A stretch of 64,000 nt of DNA, from positions 65,764 to 129,763 of the forward strand of contig JACRDK010000031.1 of NCBI GenBank assembly GCA_016218585.1, given 5' to 3'. Made by a program: the position numbers and the translations under genes. Source of the DNA: Candidatus Doudnabacteria bacterium. Lineage in GTDB: Bacteria; Patescibacteriota; Doudnabacteria; UBA920. Under the pieces are notes generated by a model. It was not told the DNA's origin, did not search any database, and saw nothing but the letters and a program-made list of their open reading frames with translations. Shown here in pieces: positions 1 through 9,365 of this stretch (position 1 is the stretch's first letter; every line of letters starts with the position of its first letter).

Positions 1-692
1 CCGGCGTACTTAACCAAAAAATCCACGGGCACATACCCGTGTATCCAGGCGCCAAGCGCAATGCCCACCAGAATATATGGCCATACTTTTTTTAAAATAT
101 CTGCGGTATAAGTTTTAGCGTAAACAACCCTCTCTCTTGCCGTCATTTGCGGAAGCTCAACATTGCCGTTCGCTAAGTTTTTGTAAACAAACGGTTCTAC
201 CAAATTTTCTACTTTTAGCCGGCCAATTATAATGCCGGAGATAATGGCAATAGCAAGTCCGCTGGTAATGTAAATTAGCGCGACTTTCCAGCCAAACAAA
301 CCCAAAAGCAAAACCACGGCCACTTCGTTTATCATTGGGGAGGAAACTAAAAAAGAAAATGTTGCGCCGAGAGGAACTCCCGCCTGAACAAAACCTAAAA
401 ACAGCGGGACGGCGCTGCAGGAGCAAAACGGCGTAACAATGCCAAGCAGAGATGCCGCAACATTCCCGGTGTATTTATTTCTATGAGATAAAATGGCGCG
501 AATTTTTTCCGGTGGTAAATAGGAGCGAATAATGGACACGGCAAATATTATAACCGCCAGCAGGATAAATATTTTTAACGTGTCAAAAATAAAAAAATTA
601 ACCGCGCCGGCTAATACAGACTGCGGTTTAAACAAAAAAATATTGTAAGTTAGCCTGTCGGCCAGCCATTGGACAGGGGCAAAAATACTCAT
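1..692 (-). CDS. ArsP/DUF318-type permease (runs off window start)
   Basis: Manual translation from ATG at 692: MSIFAPVQWLAD...GIVTPFCSCSAVPLFLG...SSPMINEVAV; the PFCSCS motif is typical of this family; lies next to a small CxxC protein. Confidence 0.85.
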   Translation of the reverse strand, partial: MSIFAPVQWLADRLTYNIFLFKPQSVLAGAVNFFIFDTLKIFILLAVIIFAVSIIRSYLPPEKIRAILSHRNKYTGNVAASLLGIVTPFCSCSAVPLFLGFVQAGVPLGATFSFLVSSPMINEVAVVLLLGLFGWKVALIYITSGLAIAIISGIIIGRLKVENLVEPFVYKNLANGNVELPQMTARERVVYAKTYTADILKKVWPYILVGIALGAWIHGYVPVDFLVKYA

Positions 693-695
693 AAA

Positions 696-944
696 CTATT
701 TGCTCTCCAAAGCTTTAAGGATGGCTTTTTTTATTTCTTCCACTTTTGGCACAAAGCCAACCAGGGCCGGTTTTCCGTTAACGGCCAAAACCGGGCTGGA
801 CATAAGCCCCATATTTAATATTTGTTGGAAGTCGGTAATGTACTCCACTTCTCCGGGCAGGCCCAACTCTTTTACCGCAGTTTTGGTAATTTCAAAAAGT
901 TTTTTGCACGTGGCGCAGCCAGAACCTAAGACTTGAATCTTCAT
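696..944 (-). CDS. small redox-active disulfide (thioredoxin-like) protein
   Basis: MKIQVLGSGCATCKKL...MSSPVLAVNGK; start taken at ATG 944 just after a TATAAT-like box, not at 1046. Confidence 0.85.
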   Translation of the reverse strand: MKIQVLGSGCATCKKLFEITKTAVKELGLPGEVEYITDFQQILNMGLMSSPVLAVNGKPALVGFVPKVEEIKKAILKALESK

Positions 945-973
945 AATTGTATTATATACCCATGCATTTAAAA

Positions 974-1007
974 ATAAAAACACCCCATCTTTTAAGATGG
1001 GGTGTTT
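974..1007 (-). terminator. intrinsic terminator hairpin
   Basis: aaacaccccatct-ttta-agatggggtgttt inverted repeat with A/T tail. Confidence 0.7.
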
Positions 1008-1043
1008 ATTCGGATCATTCGTAACATTCGGATCATTCGGATT
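1008..1043. repeat. 9-bp tandem repeat x4 (attcggatc-like)
   Basis: attcggatc attcgtaac attcggatc attcggatt. Confidence 0.75.
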
Positions 1044-1070
1044 CAATCTGTGGATTAGGATCGGCTGGCT

Positions 1071-1487
1071 TTATCTCCATCCCCCTAAAATAGCGCCGGC
1101 AACCAAAAGAGTAATTAACATATTGCCAATGTTCAGCCAAAACAGTTTTACCTTGCCGCCCCAAATGGCATTACCCAAAGCCAATGGCACAACAAAACCT
1201 AACCACAAGCCAAAAGCATTAGCCACGCCGCCATACACGCCGGTATGAACGCTGGTTACAATGTACCAGGCCAAAACAAAAAACATTACAAAGCTGCCTA
1301 CAAACTGCAGGGCATAAGAGCGCATCATTGCGTTCTTCATTTTTGTTTGCTGTTCGGGAGTCCATTTGTCCATGCCCATTTCCTGCATAAACATTTTGCC
1401 GAACAACGGTCCGTACCAAATGGAACCAATAACCATACTCGCAATGGCAGCGACCAGCACCGCCCAATAATTTATTTCTGTATTCAT
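1071..1487 (-). CDS. DUF1761-family membrane protein
   Basis: INYWAVLVAAIASMVIGSIWYGPLFGKMF N-terminus; 4 hydrophobic segments. Confidence 0.8.
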   Translation of the reverse strand: MNTEINYWAVLVAAIASMVIGSIWYGPLFGKMFMQEMGMDKWTPEQQTKMKNAMMRSYALQFVGSFVMFFVLAWYIVTSVHTGVYGGVANAFGLWLGFVVPLALGNAIWGGKVKLFWLNIGNMLITLLVAGAILGGWR

Positions 1488-1571
1488 ATTTTAGACACTT
1501 AATATTTATTATGATTATTATAGCAAACCAAGATATTAAAAAATATTCCCCGTCAAGTAAAAGATTTTTAT

Positions 1572-1612
1572 AAAAAACAGCGGCGATTCCACCCTCCAAA
1601 TGGAATCGCCGC
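1572..1612 (-). terminator. GC-rich terminator of the xylose-isomerase-like gene
   Basis: gcggcgattcca...tggaatcgccgc stem followed by a T tract on the minus strand. Confidence 0.75.
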
Positions 1613-1667
1613 ACTGCTGCAGTTGTTGATGTTGTCCGCCGGCGCGAGGTTGTGCCGGAGAAAAAGA

Positions 1668-2981
1668 CTACTTTCCGTCGCGTCCGACCAAGAGACCCGG
1701 AGTAGTTGCAAGCAACTCCAAGTCGGCGGCGTCCACCCCATAAAGAGCGAGCTTGAGAGCAAATTCGACCATGAGGTGATCCTGGCGCCAACGCTGGATG
1801 CCACCCACCGAAACTTTTGTTGCCAAAAGCACGGCGATGTTTTCCGGATCGGGATCCGCCAGCAAGGCCGCATACTTCTCAAGCCTTTCAGGCGGTGAAT
1901 GCTGGGGCCTGTCGAGATCGTCCAGAGCCATCGCCAGCATAGCGTTGTTCATGAGGCGTGGAACCAGAACCTGCTCGATGAGAGTGTACATCAGGGAATT
2001 GAAGGCGAGGAATTGTTTAAAGATTTCCTCCACTTCCTCCTCAGAGAGGCCGTAGCCCAAGTCGGAACGAAGCGCGTGGCAGTCGAACTCAATGACGCCG
2101 TTCCAGCCTATCTCGTCCAGGTACTTAAAAATAAGCACCATGGTCTCCTGGCCTTCCCCAACGAGAGTCGGGAAGTCATCGTCGAACTGGCCGGGAATCT
2201 GGCCGCCGATGTGCAGGAAGAACAGTTTTTTCTGGTCAGTGGCGTGCATGACTTCCAGGAATGGGTGCTGGTTGCCCATGGCGCTGTGTTGCGGAATTTC
2301 GGGATTTACACCCCAAAAATCGGGGTCGTCGAGGGTGGCAATGAGAGCCAAGGCGGCGCCGACGAGAGCGATGTACATTGCCCCGCGGGGTTCATTGCAC
2401 TTAGGCTCAATCGTGCCGTGCTTGATGGTGTATCGGTTGGCTTTGCAGGACGCCGAGATGATGTTCAGTGCCTGACGAAGCCATTCGAGAGGGCTGTTGT
2501 CACGGCGCGAGGGTACGCAGACGACGGATTCAAAACCGTCGCGCGCGACCCAGTACGTGATGAACTCGGCACCGAGAAAGTTGCCAATCCAGGCGCAACG
2601 AAGGGCCTTCTTGATGGCGAGCACGCGGATTGCCGCGTCGCGGTTAGTGAAACCGCCGGCCGTGAACATGGGGTGTCCGTGAAGACTGCACGTAATCATA
2701 TGCATCTTCAGGCCCGCCTTGTCCATGACTGCCTTGATGGCGCGAAGCTCTTCATGGATTGGATGCTTGGGATTCTTGTAATCCTCGGGGTCGTCTGGAT
2801 CCCAACCCAGCAGATCGTCGTCGTGGGCTGAGAAGAGATCAATGTACCCACTGGTCTTGGCCCATGCCAAGATAGACATGGCCTTGAGAACGCTCATGGG
2901 TTTGAGCACCGGGCCACCGAACGGGTCGGCGCCCTGATATTTTACAGTCCAGAGAGCGCCGGAGCGCAATCTTCTTATCAT
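1668..2981 (-). CDS. divergent xylose isomerase-like TIM-barrel protein
   Basis: LWTV..GADPFG, HDDDL, HPMF..GGFTNRD, IEPKCNEPRG, GVNPE, FDDD, FD motifs of XylA; SD AGGAGG; promoter TTGACG(3083-3078)-17 bp-TAAGAT(3060-3055). Confidence 0.8.
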   Translation of the reverse strand: MIRRLRSGALWTVKYQGADPFGGPVLKPMSVLKAMSILAWAKTSGYIDLFSAHDDDLLGWDPDDPEDYKNPKHPIHEELRAIKAVMDKAGLKMHMITCSLHGHPMFTAGGFTNRDAAIRVLAIKKALRCAWIGNFLGAEFITYWVARDGFESVVCVPSRRDNSPLEWLRQALNIISASCKANRYTIKHGTIEPKCNEPRGAMYIALVGAALALIATLDDPDFWGVNPEIPQHSAMGNQHPFLEVMHATDQKKLFFLHIGGQIPGQFDDDFPTLVGEGQETMVLIFKYLDEIGWNGVIEFDCHALRSDLGYGLSEEEVEEIFKQFLAFNSLMYTLIEQVLVPRLMNNAMLAMALDDLDRPQHSPPERLEKYAALLADPDPENIAVLLATKVSVGGIQRWRQDHLMVEFALKLALYGVDAADLELLATTPGLLVGRDGK

Positions 2982-3159
2982 ACTAATAATCCTCCTGAAC
3001 GTTTCGGACTATTACCAAAAAATCCCTGAAAAAGACTATTTTGGCAATCAAAATATCTTACACCTAAGCGGAGTAATCGTCAATAGACAAAAAAACAACC
3101 TTCTCTTTATGGAAGGCCGTCTTATTATTAATACAATTAATATTAACCCTACATATTTC

Positions 3160-3276
3160 CAACTGCACGATTCCTGCGGCGCGCCTGACCGCCCCCGACT
3201 GGACAATTCGCAGTTTACCCCGTAGCGGAGCCGATGAACGTCGCAGCGACTGGTACTGGGGCGAATTGTCCAGTTG
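3160..3276. mobile_element. MITE-like GC-rich element with imperfect 14-bp terminal inverted repeats
   Basis: Left end caactgcacgattc; right end gaattgtccagttg (reverse complement caactggacaattc); internal third copy gactggacaattcgc pairs with the right end; GC-rich in AT-rich intergenic DNA. Confidence 0.5.
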
Positions 3277-3312
3277 AACGATAATTGTATAAGTATAAAT
3301 TTTACTTCCCTT

Positions 3313-3672
3313 CTAAACAGATAATTTTTCTATTGCCGCTTGGATAGTTGGAACAAAATAGGTCTGGCGGCCGCGGTTGCTCTCTATTATTAAGGCTTTA
3401 AAGGCTTCACTGGTAATATTGGAAAAATCGCCAACAATGGCGCAAGCAATGCCGTATTGGGAAAACTTTTGCAAAATTTCTCCGGCCAGGCCGGTGCGCA
3501 GCTCAAAAAAGTCCGGATGAATATTTTCCCGGTGCAAAATAATTTTCTTTGGCGCGGGGGTTTGCACATTGGCCACTAAATCCAAAGCGTCTTGCATGCT
3601 GTTTATGCCAATTCCCTCAAACTCAACTTCCGCTATTTTTACTCCCCCATTTTCGTGAATTGTAGTTTTCAT
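3313..3672 (-). CDS. DUF4180 domain protein
   Basis: DFFELRTGLAGEILQKFSQY..AIVGDFS..S.AFKALIIESNRG motif. Confidence 0.85.
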   Translation of the reverse strand: MKTTIHENGGVKIAEVEFEGIGINSMQDALDLVANVQTPAPKKIILHRENIHPDFFELRTGLAGEILQKFSQYGIACAIVGDFSNITSEAFKALIIESNRGRQTYFVPTIQAAIEKLSV

Positions 3673-3676
3673 AAAG

Positions 3677-4318
3677 CTAGAGTAATTTTAGGATAACTTG
3701 TTTTAAATCGGAAACCGTATTTACAATATTTTTTAAATTAAAATGTTTTTCTCTGTTTAAAATATCTTCTCTGTGGACGCCCCAAGTTACAGCCACGGCG
3801 GGAACGCCTGCCTTATCGGCATCTATAATATCGCCCAAAGCGTCGGTTATAAACAACATTTCTTTATTGCTAACCTTGTATTTGTCCGCAATAATTTTAA
3901 ACTTTTCAACTTTATCTTTAGAAGTTTCAGCCGATGCTATAAAGCCAAATAAATTTTCAATTTGGGAATTCTTTAGCAAAGGCAACGCATTGCGCTCATA
4001 GGCATTGGTATTTAAAACAAGAATGTAACCCAAATTACGCAACTCAGTTAAAAGATCTTTAATCCCTTCAAATAACTTGCTCTGGCTTTTCTTTTCGGCA
4101 TATTCTGCGTGCCGCTTATTTTTTTCTTCTTCAGATTCCGAAATATGCAAGCTTAAATATTTAGCCGCTTCCTGATGAAAATTCCCGCTATGGATTTCAT
4201 TGTACATTTCCTCGGTTACTCCCGGATGCGTTTCCAAAAACACCTTCCTGGCAAAAGGTATGGTATCAAATAGCACTCCGTCCATATCAAAAATTATAAT
4301 TTTGTTGTTATCCACCAT
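3677..4318 (-). CDS. HAD family hydrolase
   Basis: IIFDMDGVLFDT motif I and ITDALGDI motif; start at MVDNN after a leaderless -10. Confidence 0.85.
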   Translation of the reverse strand: MVDNNKIIIFDMDGVLFDTIPFARKVFLETHPGVTEEMYNEIHSGNFHQEAAKYLSLHISESEEEKNKRHAEYAEKKSQSKLFEGIKDLLTELRNLGYILVLNTNAYERNALPLLKNSQIENLFGFIASAETSKDKVEKFKIIADKYKVSNKEMLFITDALGDIIDADKAGVPAVAVTWGVHREDILNREKHFNLKNIVNTVSDLKQVILKLL

Positions 4319-4390
4319 ACCTAAAGAATAACAAAAAAATGCCATTTATGCGATTCTAGCGCTTTGGCTTTAAAATTTTCCTAATATATA

Positions 4391-4435
4391 GAGAAAGCGC
4401 GCGTTTCGCCGATGGGCAAAACGCGCGCTTGATGA
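4391..4435. repeat. 45-bp hairpin direct repeat, copy 1
   Basis: gagaaagcgcgcgtttcgccgatgggcaaaacgcgcgcttgatga, identical to 5280-5324. Confidence 0.95.
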
Positions 4436-4482
4436 TGAGCAGCTATCTCGATTGTTTCGAAGCCGTCCGCAACTACTGCTTA

Positions 4483-5226
4483 TTAGTTGCGATTGGCGGA
4501 GCTGGCTACATACGGCTTGGCGATGAAAGTGGTGTGGCAGCGATAATGGATGCAGGTAATTACCTTCTCCTCATTGCCGAGAACCATGTCCATCATAACC
4601 TGACTGCATTTGGGACATTGGATGTCACCGTAGCCGTTGAAGGCTGTGGCCGTAGGTGACTCAGCCGGCGCAGTGGGCGGCTTGGAAACCTCCGTTTTCT
4701 TGGCGATGGCTTGAAACTTTTGATAACAGACCCGGCAGGAGTATACGTCGGGTTTGTTATTGACGTTCATCCAGATGCCGCATTCGGTTCGCGTACAGCG
4801 TGCCCACCCATCAAAGTCGATTTCGGACTCGGGCAATTTCGGGGCGACCGGAGCAGGTTTGCTGGGCGGCACTGAAACGCAGGACGACGGTAGTGGCGCG
4901 GACGCCAAGGAGCCGTCCAAAAGTTTCCGGAGCTCGTCCGGCGTACACCGGGCACCGGTAACTTTGCCGTGCGGCCCATCCATTATGAGCCGTCCTCGGA
5001 ACTGATGTGTAACACGAAGGCTGTAGAACACACTCATTCCGCGTATTGTGCCAAGGTTAGAGGCAATCACGACGAAATCGGGTTGCAGTTCTTTTAAAAG
5101 CTTCGCCGTTTGTGTCGTTGCCGTAAACGGCGTAAACGGAAGCGCGGTAAAGAGTCCGCTATGGCCTGACTGTTGCCATTGCTCTGCTGTACCGGGATCC
5201 TTATCAACAAAAAAGACCGTAGACAT
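4483..5226 (-). CDS. hypothetical protein: pseudo-receiver-like N-terminus, Pro-rich linker, two Cys-rich Zn ribbons
   Basis: VFFVDKD...QPDFVVIASNL; CTRTEC..CRVC and CPKC..CIHYRC; SD AAGGAGG; promoter TTGACA(5276-5271)-17-TAATAT(5253-5248). Confidence 0.65.
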   Translation of the reverse strand: MSTVFFVDKDPGTAEQWQQSGHSGLFTALPFTPFTATTQTAKLLKELQPDFVVIASNLGTIRGMSVFYSLRVTHQFRGRLIMDGPHGKVTGARCTPDELRKLLDGSLASAPLPSSCVSVPPSKPAPVAPKLPESEIDFDGWARCTRTECGIWMNVNNKPDVYSCRVCYQKFQAIAKKTEVSKPPTAPAESPTATAFNGYGDIQCPKCSQVMMDMVLGNEEKVITCIHYRCHTTFIAKPYVASSANRN

Positions 5227-5279
5227 ACGATCCTCCTTATGTGGTATATATTAGTGAAAATTGAACCCTGTGTCAAAAT

Positions 5280-5324
5280 GAGAAAGCGCGCGTTTCGCCG
5301 ATGGGCAAAACGCGCGCTTGATGA
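5280..5324. repeat. 45-bp hairpin direct repeat, copy 2
   Basis: Identical to 4391-4435. Confidence 0.95.
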
Positions 5325-5378
5325 CTAAATTGAGTTTAATTTAACTATTCTCCAAAAGCTTTTTGTTATCTAATTAGA

Positions 5379-6236
5379 TTATTTCCATTCAGCCAATAAT
5401 GGTTTGCCGGGGCTCTGCCATGGGCCGACGTATAAGCCATTAGCCTTTCTTTGTTCCTCGTTGCTTTTGCCGCCATCGGACAATATTTCCTGAAAAGCCT
5501 CATTGAAACCGCTCTCAAATTTTTTTCGTCCATCCTGCAAGGCAGTCTGCCATTCCGCGTCCGAAATCCCGTCAATTTTGCCGCTATAAAACGGAAACTT
5601 TTTTTCATAAGAAATTGATTTAGCGGCAAGATCATGCCAGGCATTTACATCGCTGCCAGCCCACTCATTAATTGGCCCGCCTATAACTTGGTTTAAGGAA
5701 GCCTTTAACGCCGGGTAATTTGACTGGTCGGGGTCATTGGCAACCCAAGCGCCGGAACGCGACTGAAAAATATAAAACCAAAATGCCGCCTGTTCAATAT
5801 TTCCCTGCTTAGCTAGCACTCCGGCCAACTCGGCATACATAAAAGGGTTGACCTGTTCGGGATGCTTAAAAATTTGTTCAATGGCGGCTTGCTGATCCGC
5901 AAGTTCCTGTTGGGAACTGCCTTTTGGCATAAGCATTTGTTCTAACTGACTTTCCTTGAATTCATTTGATTTGTTGTTCATATTATTCTGGCTGCTGTTA
6001 GATGTTTGCGAGTTGGAATTTGGCTGCTGCTTTTCCAAATAATAGCCGTACCAGGCCAGGAGGATAAAAATAATAACAACTGCCCCAATAACTGCGCCGA
6101 CAATTTTCCAAACTTTTTTGGCGGCAGAAGGCGCGGGAGTCGGACTGCTTGCATTAGGGGTCGGCGTTGGAACAGCCATTTCCGGGCTGTTGTCTAACTG
6201 GCTATTTGTATTTGTGTTTAAATTTTGCTCTGGCAT
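5379..6236 (-). CDS. hypothetical single-pass membrane protein
   Basis: Low-complexity N-terminus, one TM helix (IVGAVIGAVVIIFILLAWYGYY), helical extracellular domain. Confidence 0.7.
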   Translation of the reverse strand: MPEQNLNTNTNSQLDNSPEMAVPTPTPNASSPTPAPSAAKKVWKIVGAVIGAVVIIFILLAWYGYYLEKQQPNSNSQTSNSSQNNMNNKSNEFKESQLEQMLMPKGSSQQELADQQAAIEQIFKHPEQVNPFMYAELAGVLAKQGNIEQAAFWFYIFQSRSGAWVANDPDQSNYPALKASLNQVIGGPINEWAGSDVNAWHDLAAKSISYEKKFPFYSGKIDGISDAEWQTALQDGRKKFESGFNEAFQEILSDGGKSNEEQRKANGLYVGPWQSPGKPLLAEWK

Positions 6237-6272
6237 AATTTGTTATTAATTATTTTTTTAGTTAAGGCGGGC

Positions 6273-7022
6273 TTAATCTTTATAGCTGTCTGGGGCTATG
6301 GTTTGAATTTTCCAAGTTCCTTCTTTCACCAAATTAAAAATTAAGTGTTTGGAAGTTTTGTCGTTCCCTATGACTTGAAGATTAACCGTGGCGGTTGTGA
6401 AGACAACTTTGTTCTCGTAAACGGAATAACCGCTATTGTCCAATAAAATAGGATACTGCGCAACCAGGGCGGGTAAATTTACCGGGCTTTGTTTAGAAAT
6501 TAAAGCTTTTGCCGCATCCATATTTGATGCCTTTAAATCGCGGTAAAAATCTAATACCGCTGATTTGGAAAAATATTTATCTTCAAGCATTGCGACTTTG
6601 TCTTTTATCCCCTGCTGCGCTTCTTGGCTATCGGGTCCGGCCTCGGGGAAAATAAAATTGCTGGAGTCTTGGCCAAACTGGCGCCAACCCCCTTTTTCAA
6701 GATCATAATTTAGCAAAACAAAATTAATTGAATCTGCATCCTCTTGTTGGCTCTTAACATATGCGGCGTGGTTGCCTACCTGCATCGCATCCAAGAATTT
6801 AACCGGGAATTGTTTAGGGTCTACTTCGTCAAATATTGGAGAAGTGGCCTCTTCGCTGGCATCTTCCAATGCGGATTTTATATCGTTGTTCATATTATTA
6901 TTTTGTTTGTTATCTTTGGCTGATTGTTGGACTTGTTGGTTTGTAGCTGGTGGCGGTGTTTTTGCGCCGCAGGCGGCCGCTAAAAGCACAATAGAAACTA
7001 AGCTAACGATTGTTTTTTTCAT
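6273..7022 (-). CDS. hypothetical lipoprotein (possible NTF2-like C-terminal domain)
   Basis: Lipobox LLAAAC; C-terminal LIFNLVKEGTWKIQTI. Confidence 0.7.
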   Translation of the reverse strand: MKKTIVSLVSIVLLAAACGAKTPPPATNQQVQQSAKDNKQNNNMNNDIKSALEDASEEATSPIFDEVDPKQFPVKFLDAMQVGNHAAYVKSQQEDADSINFVLLNYDLEKGGWRQFGQDSSNFIFPEAGPDSQEAQQGIKDKVAMLEDKYFSKSAVLDFYRDLKASNMDAAKALISKQSPVNLPALVAQYPILLDNSGYSVYENKVVFTTATVNLQVIGNDKTSKHLIFNLVKEGTWKIQTIAPDSYKD

Positions 7023-7225
7023 TTTTAAAATTTTAATTATTTGTTTCTAAAAAACTATATAATATAGAGTATAAATATAAATAACTAAGCCGCAAAAATT
7101 CATACTCCGCATATTTATAAGTTAATTATACACTCTTTTAATACAGTTAGCCATTGCGGCATAAAAGCCTTAAAAACTCCTAACAAAAAACGCGCCGGCT
7201 TTAGGCCGGCGTTTTTAAATTTAGT

Positions 7226-8599
7226 TTATATCTCCGAATGAATGTTTGCGTTGTTGTGGAAGAAGTTGGTTGGGTCGTATTTCTTTTTTATTTCCAGCAA
7301 ACGATCCCAGGTTTTTCCGGGGTAAGCTTCCTTTATGCGTTCCTTGTCGTCATATTGCCCCAAGAAATTTGCGTAAACCGCTTTGTCGCCCTGGTCTAAC
7401 AATTTTAAAAATTCATCCGCCCAAACTTTGCGTTCTTGTTTTTCCTGTTCGGTTTCGTAAAAGCTGGCAACGTTTGCCATAATTGCGCTGCTCCTGTGGG
7501 CGTAAGCGGTATTAAAACTCCCTACCCTGGCCATTGCTCCGCCTAACACTCTAAGCTGCAAAACTTTCATTTGGGCGTTTAGGGAATTTAAATGCGCAAC
7601 TATTTTTTCCGCCAATTCTTCGTCTATATTATCCAAATGCAAATTTTTAGACACTGCTTTAGGGTGATAGTCCGGATTTTCCGGAAAATAAATATCTTTA
7701 TAGCGCATTGGCTTTAGCATATCCGCAAGCGGCGCAGCTAAAGCGCGCAGCGGAGAGAGCGCTTTTTCCCCTTCTGTTGGGCTGCCCGCATACACAGCCA
7801 AAGCCATAACGCATAGCTTGCCGTGATGCTGGGCCGGAATAAACGGCATTGGGGGCATAGGCATAATATTATAAATCACCGAAAGCTCTTCCGGAGCTTT
7901 TTTGGCAATGTCCACGGCTTTCCAAATTACTTCCGGGGTTGCGGGCAAAAATAGCATGCCGCCATAGCAATTTTCCAGCTTGTGCAATTGAAATTTAAAC
8001 TTTGTGGCAATGCCAAAATTTCCGCCGCCGCCGCGAATGGCCCAGAATAAATCGGGGTTTGTTTTGCTGTCTGCCAGCAGCGTTTGGCCGTCTGCCGTAA
8101 TTATTTCCGCGGCCAAAAGATTGTCTATGGTAAGGCCAAATTTTCTAACTAAAAATCCCACGCCGCCGCCTAAAGTAATTCCGCCCACGCCAACCGAGCC
8201 TGCATCGCCAAAGCCTAAAACAAAATTATGCTTATCTAGCTCCGTGGTTACTTCCCCTGCGGTCATGCCGCTTTCTATCCACGCGGTTTGCTCTGTTGTG
8301 TTTACTTCCATTCTTTTCATATCGCGCAAATCTATAACTACGGCGCCGTTTACAACGCAAGCTCCGGTGGCGCTGTGTCCCCCGCTGCGCACGCAAACTT
8401 CCAAATTATTTTCCTTGGCAAAAATAATTATTTTTTTAATATCTTCCGCATCTGTCACGCGCACAATGCACGCGGGTTTTCTGTCTAATTCGCCCGGAAA
8501 AACCTGCCGGGCTTTATTGTATTCAACATCATCAGGGAAAATAATTTTTCCCTTAAGGGTATGCGAAAACGCTTTTAAATTGTCGGAAATATTTTGCAT
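7226..8599 (-). CDS. FAD-binding oxidoreductase (BBE-like)
   Basis: VRSGGHS, GVGGITLGGG, DLFWAIRGGGGNFGI, Y.NF...KKKYDP.NFF motifs. Confidence 0.9.
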   Translation of the reverse strand: MQNISDNLKAFSHTLKGKIIFPDDVEYNKARQVFPGELDRKPACIVRVTDAEDIKKIIIFAKENNLEVCVRSGGHSATGACVVNGAVVIDLRDMKRMEVNTTEQTAWIESGMTAGEVTTELDKHNFVLGFGDAGSVGVGGITLGGGVGFLVRKFGLTIDNLLAAEIITADGQTLLADSKTNPDLFWAIRGGGGNFGIATKFKFQLHKLENCYGGMLFLPATPEVIWKAVDIAKKAPEELSVIYNIMPMPPMPFIPAQHHGKLCVMALAVYAGSPTEGEKALSPLRALAAPLADMLKPMRYKDIYFPENPDYHPKAVSKNLHLDNIDEELAEKIVAHLNSLNAQMKVLQLRVLGGAMARVGSFNTAYAHRSSAIMANVASFYETEQEKQERKVWADEFLKLLDQGDKAVYANFLGQYDDKERIKEAYPGKTWDRLLEIKKKYDPTNFFHNNANIHSEI

Positions 8600-8665
8600 A
8601 TAGGAAATAATAACAAAAAATATTAGCTTTGGCCATAGAATAAAAACTATTATTTACAAAATGAA

Positions 8666-8705
8666 GAAGCGCACGACACCACCTGCTAGGGTGGGCGCGC
8701 GCTTC
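8666..8705 (-). terminator. GC-rich hairpin related to 10529-10570
   Basis: gaagcgcacg...cgcgcgcttc; shares aagaagcgcacg with the 10527 copy. Confidence 0.65.
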
Positions 8706-8717
8706 GTTCAGCTGTGT

Positions 8718-9257
8718 TCATGAGACGAGAGCCTCGGCCAGGTGCTGGACGATGCAGCCGAGCGCCCCGTCCGGATTTCCCGGCATGTCGAGGCAACCGC
8801 TGAATTGGACCAATATTACCAGCGGGTCGCCTTCGCCCGGCAACAGGCAGTAGTGGATTGTGAGCCGTTCGCCGCGCCACTCGCGGAGAAGTTTCTCAAG
8901 CCGTTCGATGAGCGGTTTCGGAATTGAAAGATCGGTTACGACTGCTTGCTGGTTCCAGTCGCGAGTGTACGTTCTCTCGGTCGTTTCCATCAAGTAATCG
9001 ATGAAGATGTCGGCGTTTTCAAAGCCTTCACCAATTCGAAGCGGTGCCGGCAACTTGATTTCTACGGCCAGGCTGCCGCCTTTCGGTATGGCGTAGTGCA
9101 TTGTCCAAGGCTGGTTGAGGAACGCCTGGAAATCAGCGTAATCATCAATGCTGCCTTTTCCCGTGGTGTAGCTCCGGCTCCAAAACAGCGAGCCAAGGAC
9201 TCCTACCGGAACAGGTTCCCTAATCCGCAGAGATTCAATCGTGTCACAAATTGGCAT
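8718..9257 (-). CDS. hypothetical protein (GC-rich, SD-led)
   Basis: 179-aa ORF; SD TAAGGAGG; own promoter and hairpin. Confidence 0.7.
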   Translation of the reverse strand: MPICDTIESLRIREPVPVGVLGSLFWSRSYTTGKGSIDDYADFQAFLNQPWTMHYAIPKGGSLAVEIKLPAPLRIGEGFENADIFIDYLMETTERTYTRDWNQQAVVTDLSIPKPLIERLEKLLREWRGERLTIHYCLLPGEGDPLVILVQFSGCLDMPGNPDGALGCIVQHLAEALVS

Positions 9258-9279
9258 TCTGCCTCCTTATTGATACCGT

Positions 9280-9312
9280 AATGTACCAAAAAAGCCTAAG
9301 GAAGTCCAGACC
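9280..9312 (-). promoter_or_regulatory. sigma70-like promoter shared with 11485-11517
   Basis: TGGACT-17 bp-TACATT; 18 bp cctaaggaagtccagacc identical to 11500-11517. Confidence 0.7.
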
Positions 9313-9365
9313 AAAAAATGCGCGTGCCCAAGGCACGCGCATTTTTTAACTCATTACAGATTGTG

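Noticed and set aside
157-426. 89-aa ORF
   Set aside because: Alternative frame within the permease gene
1899-2831. 310-aa + strand ORF
   Set aside because: Antisense shadow of the GC-rich xylose-isomerase-like gene
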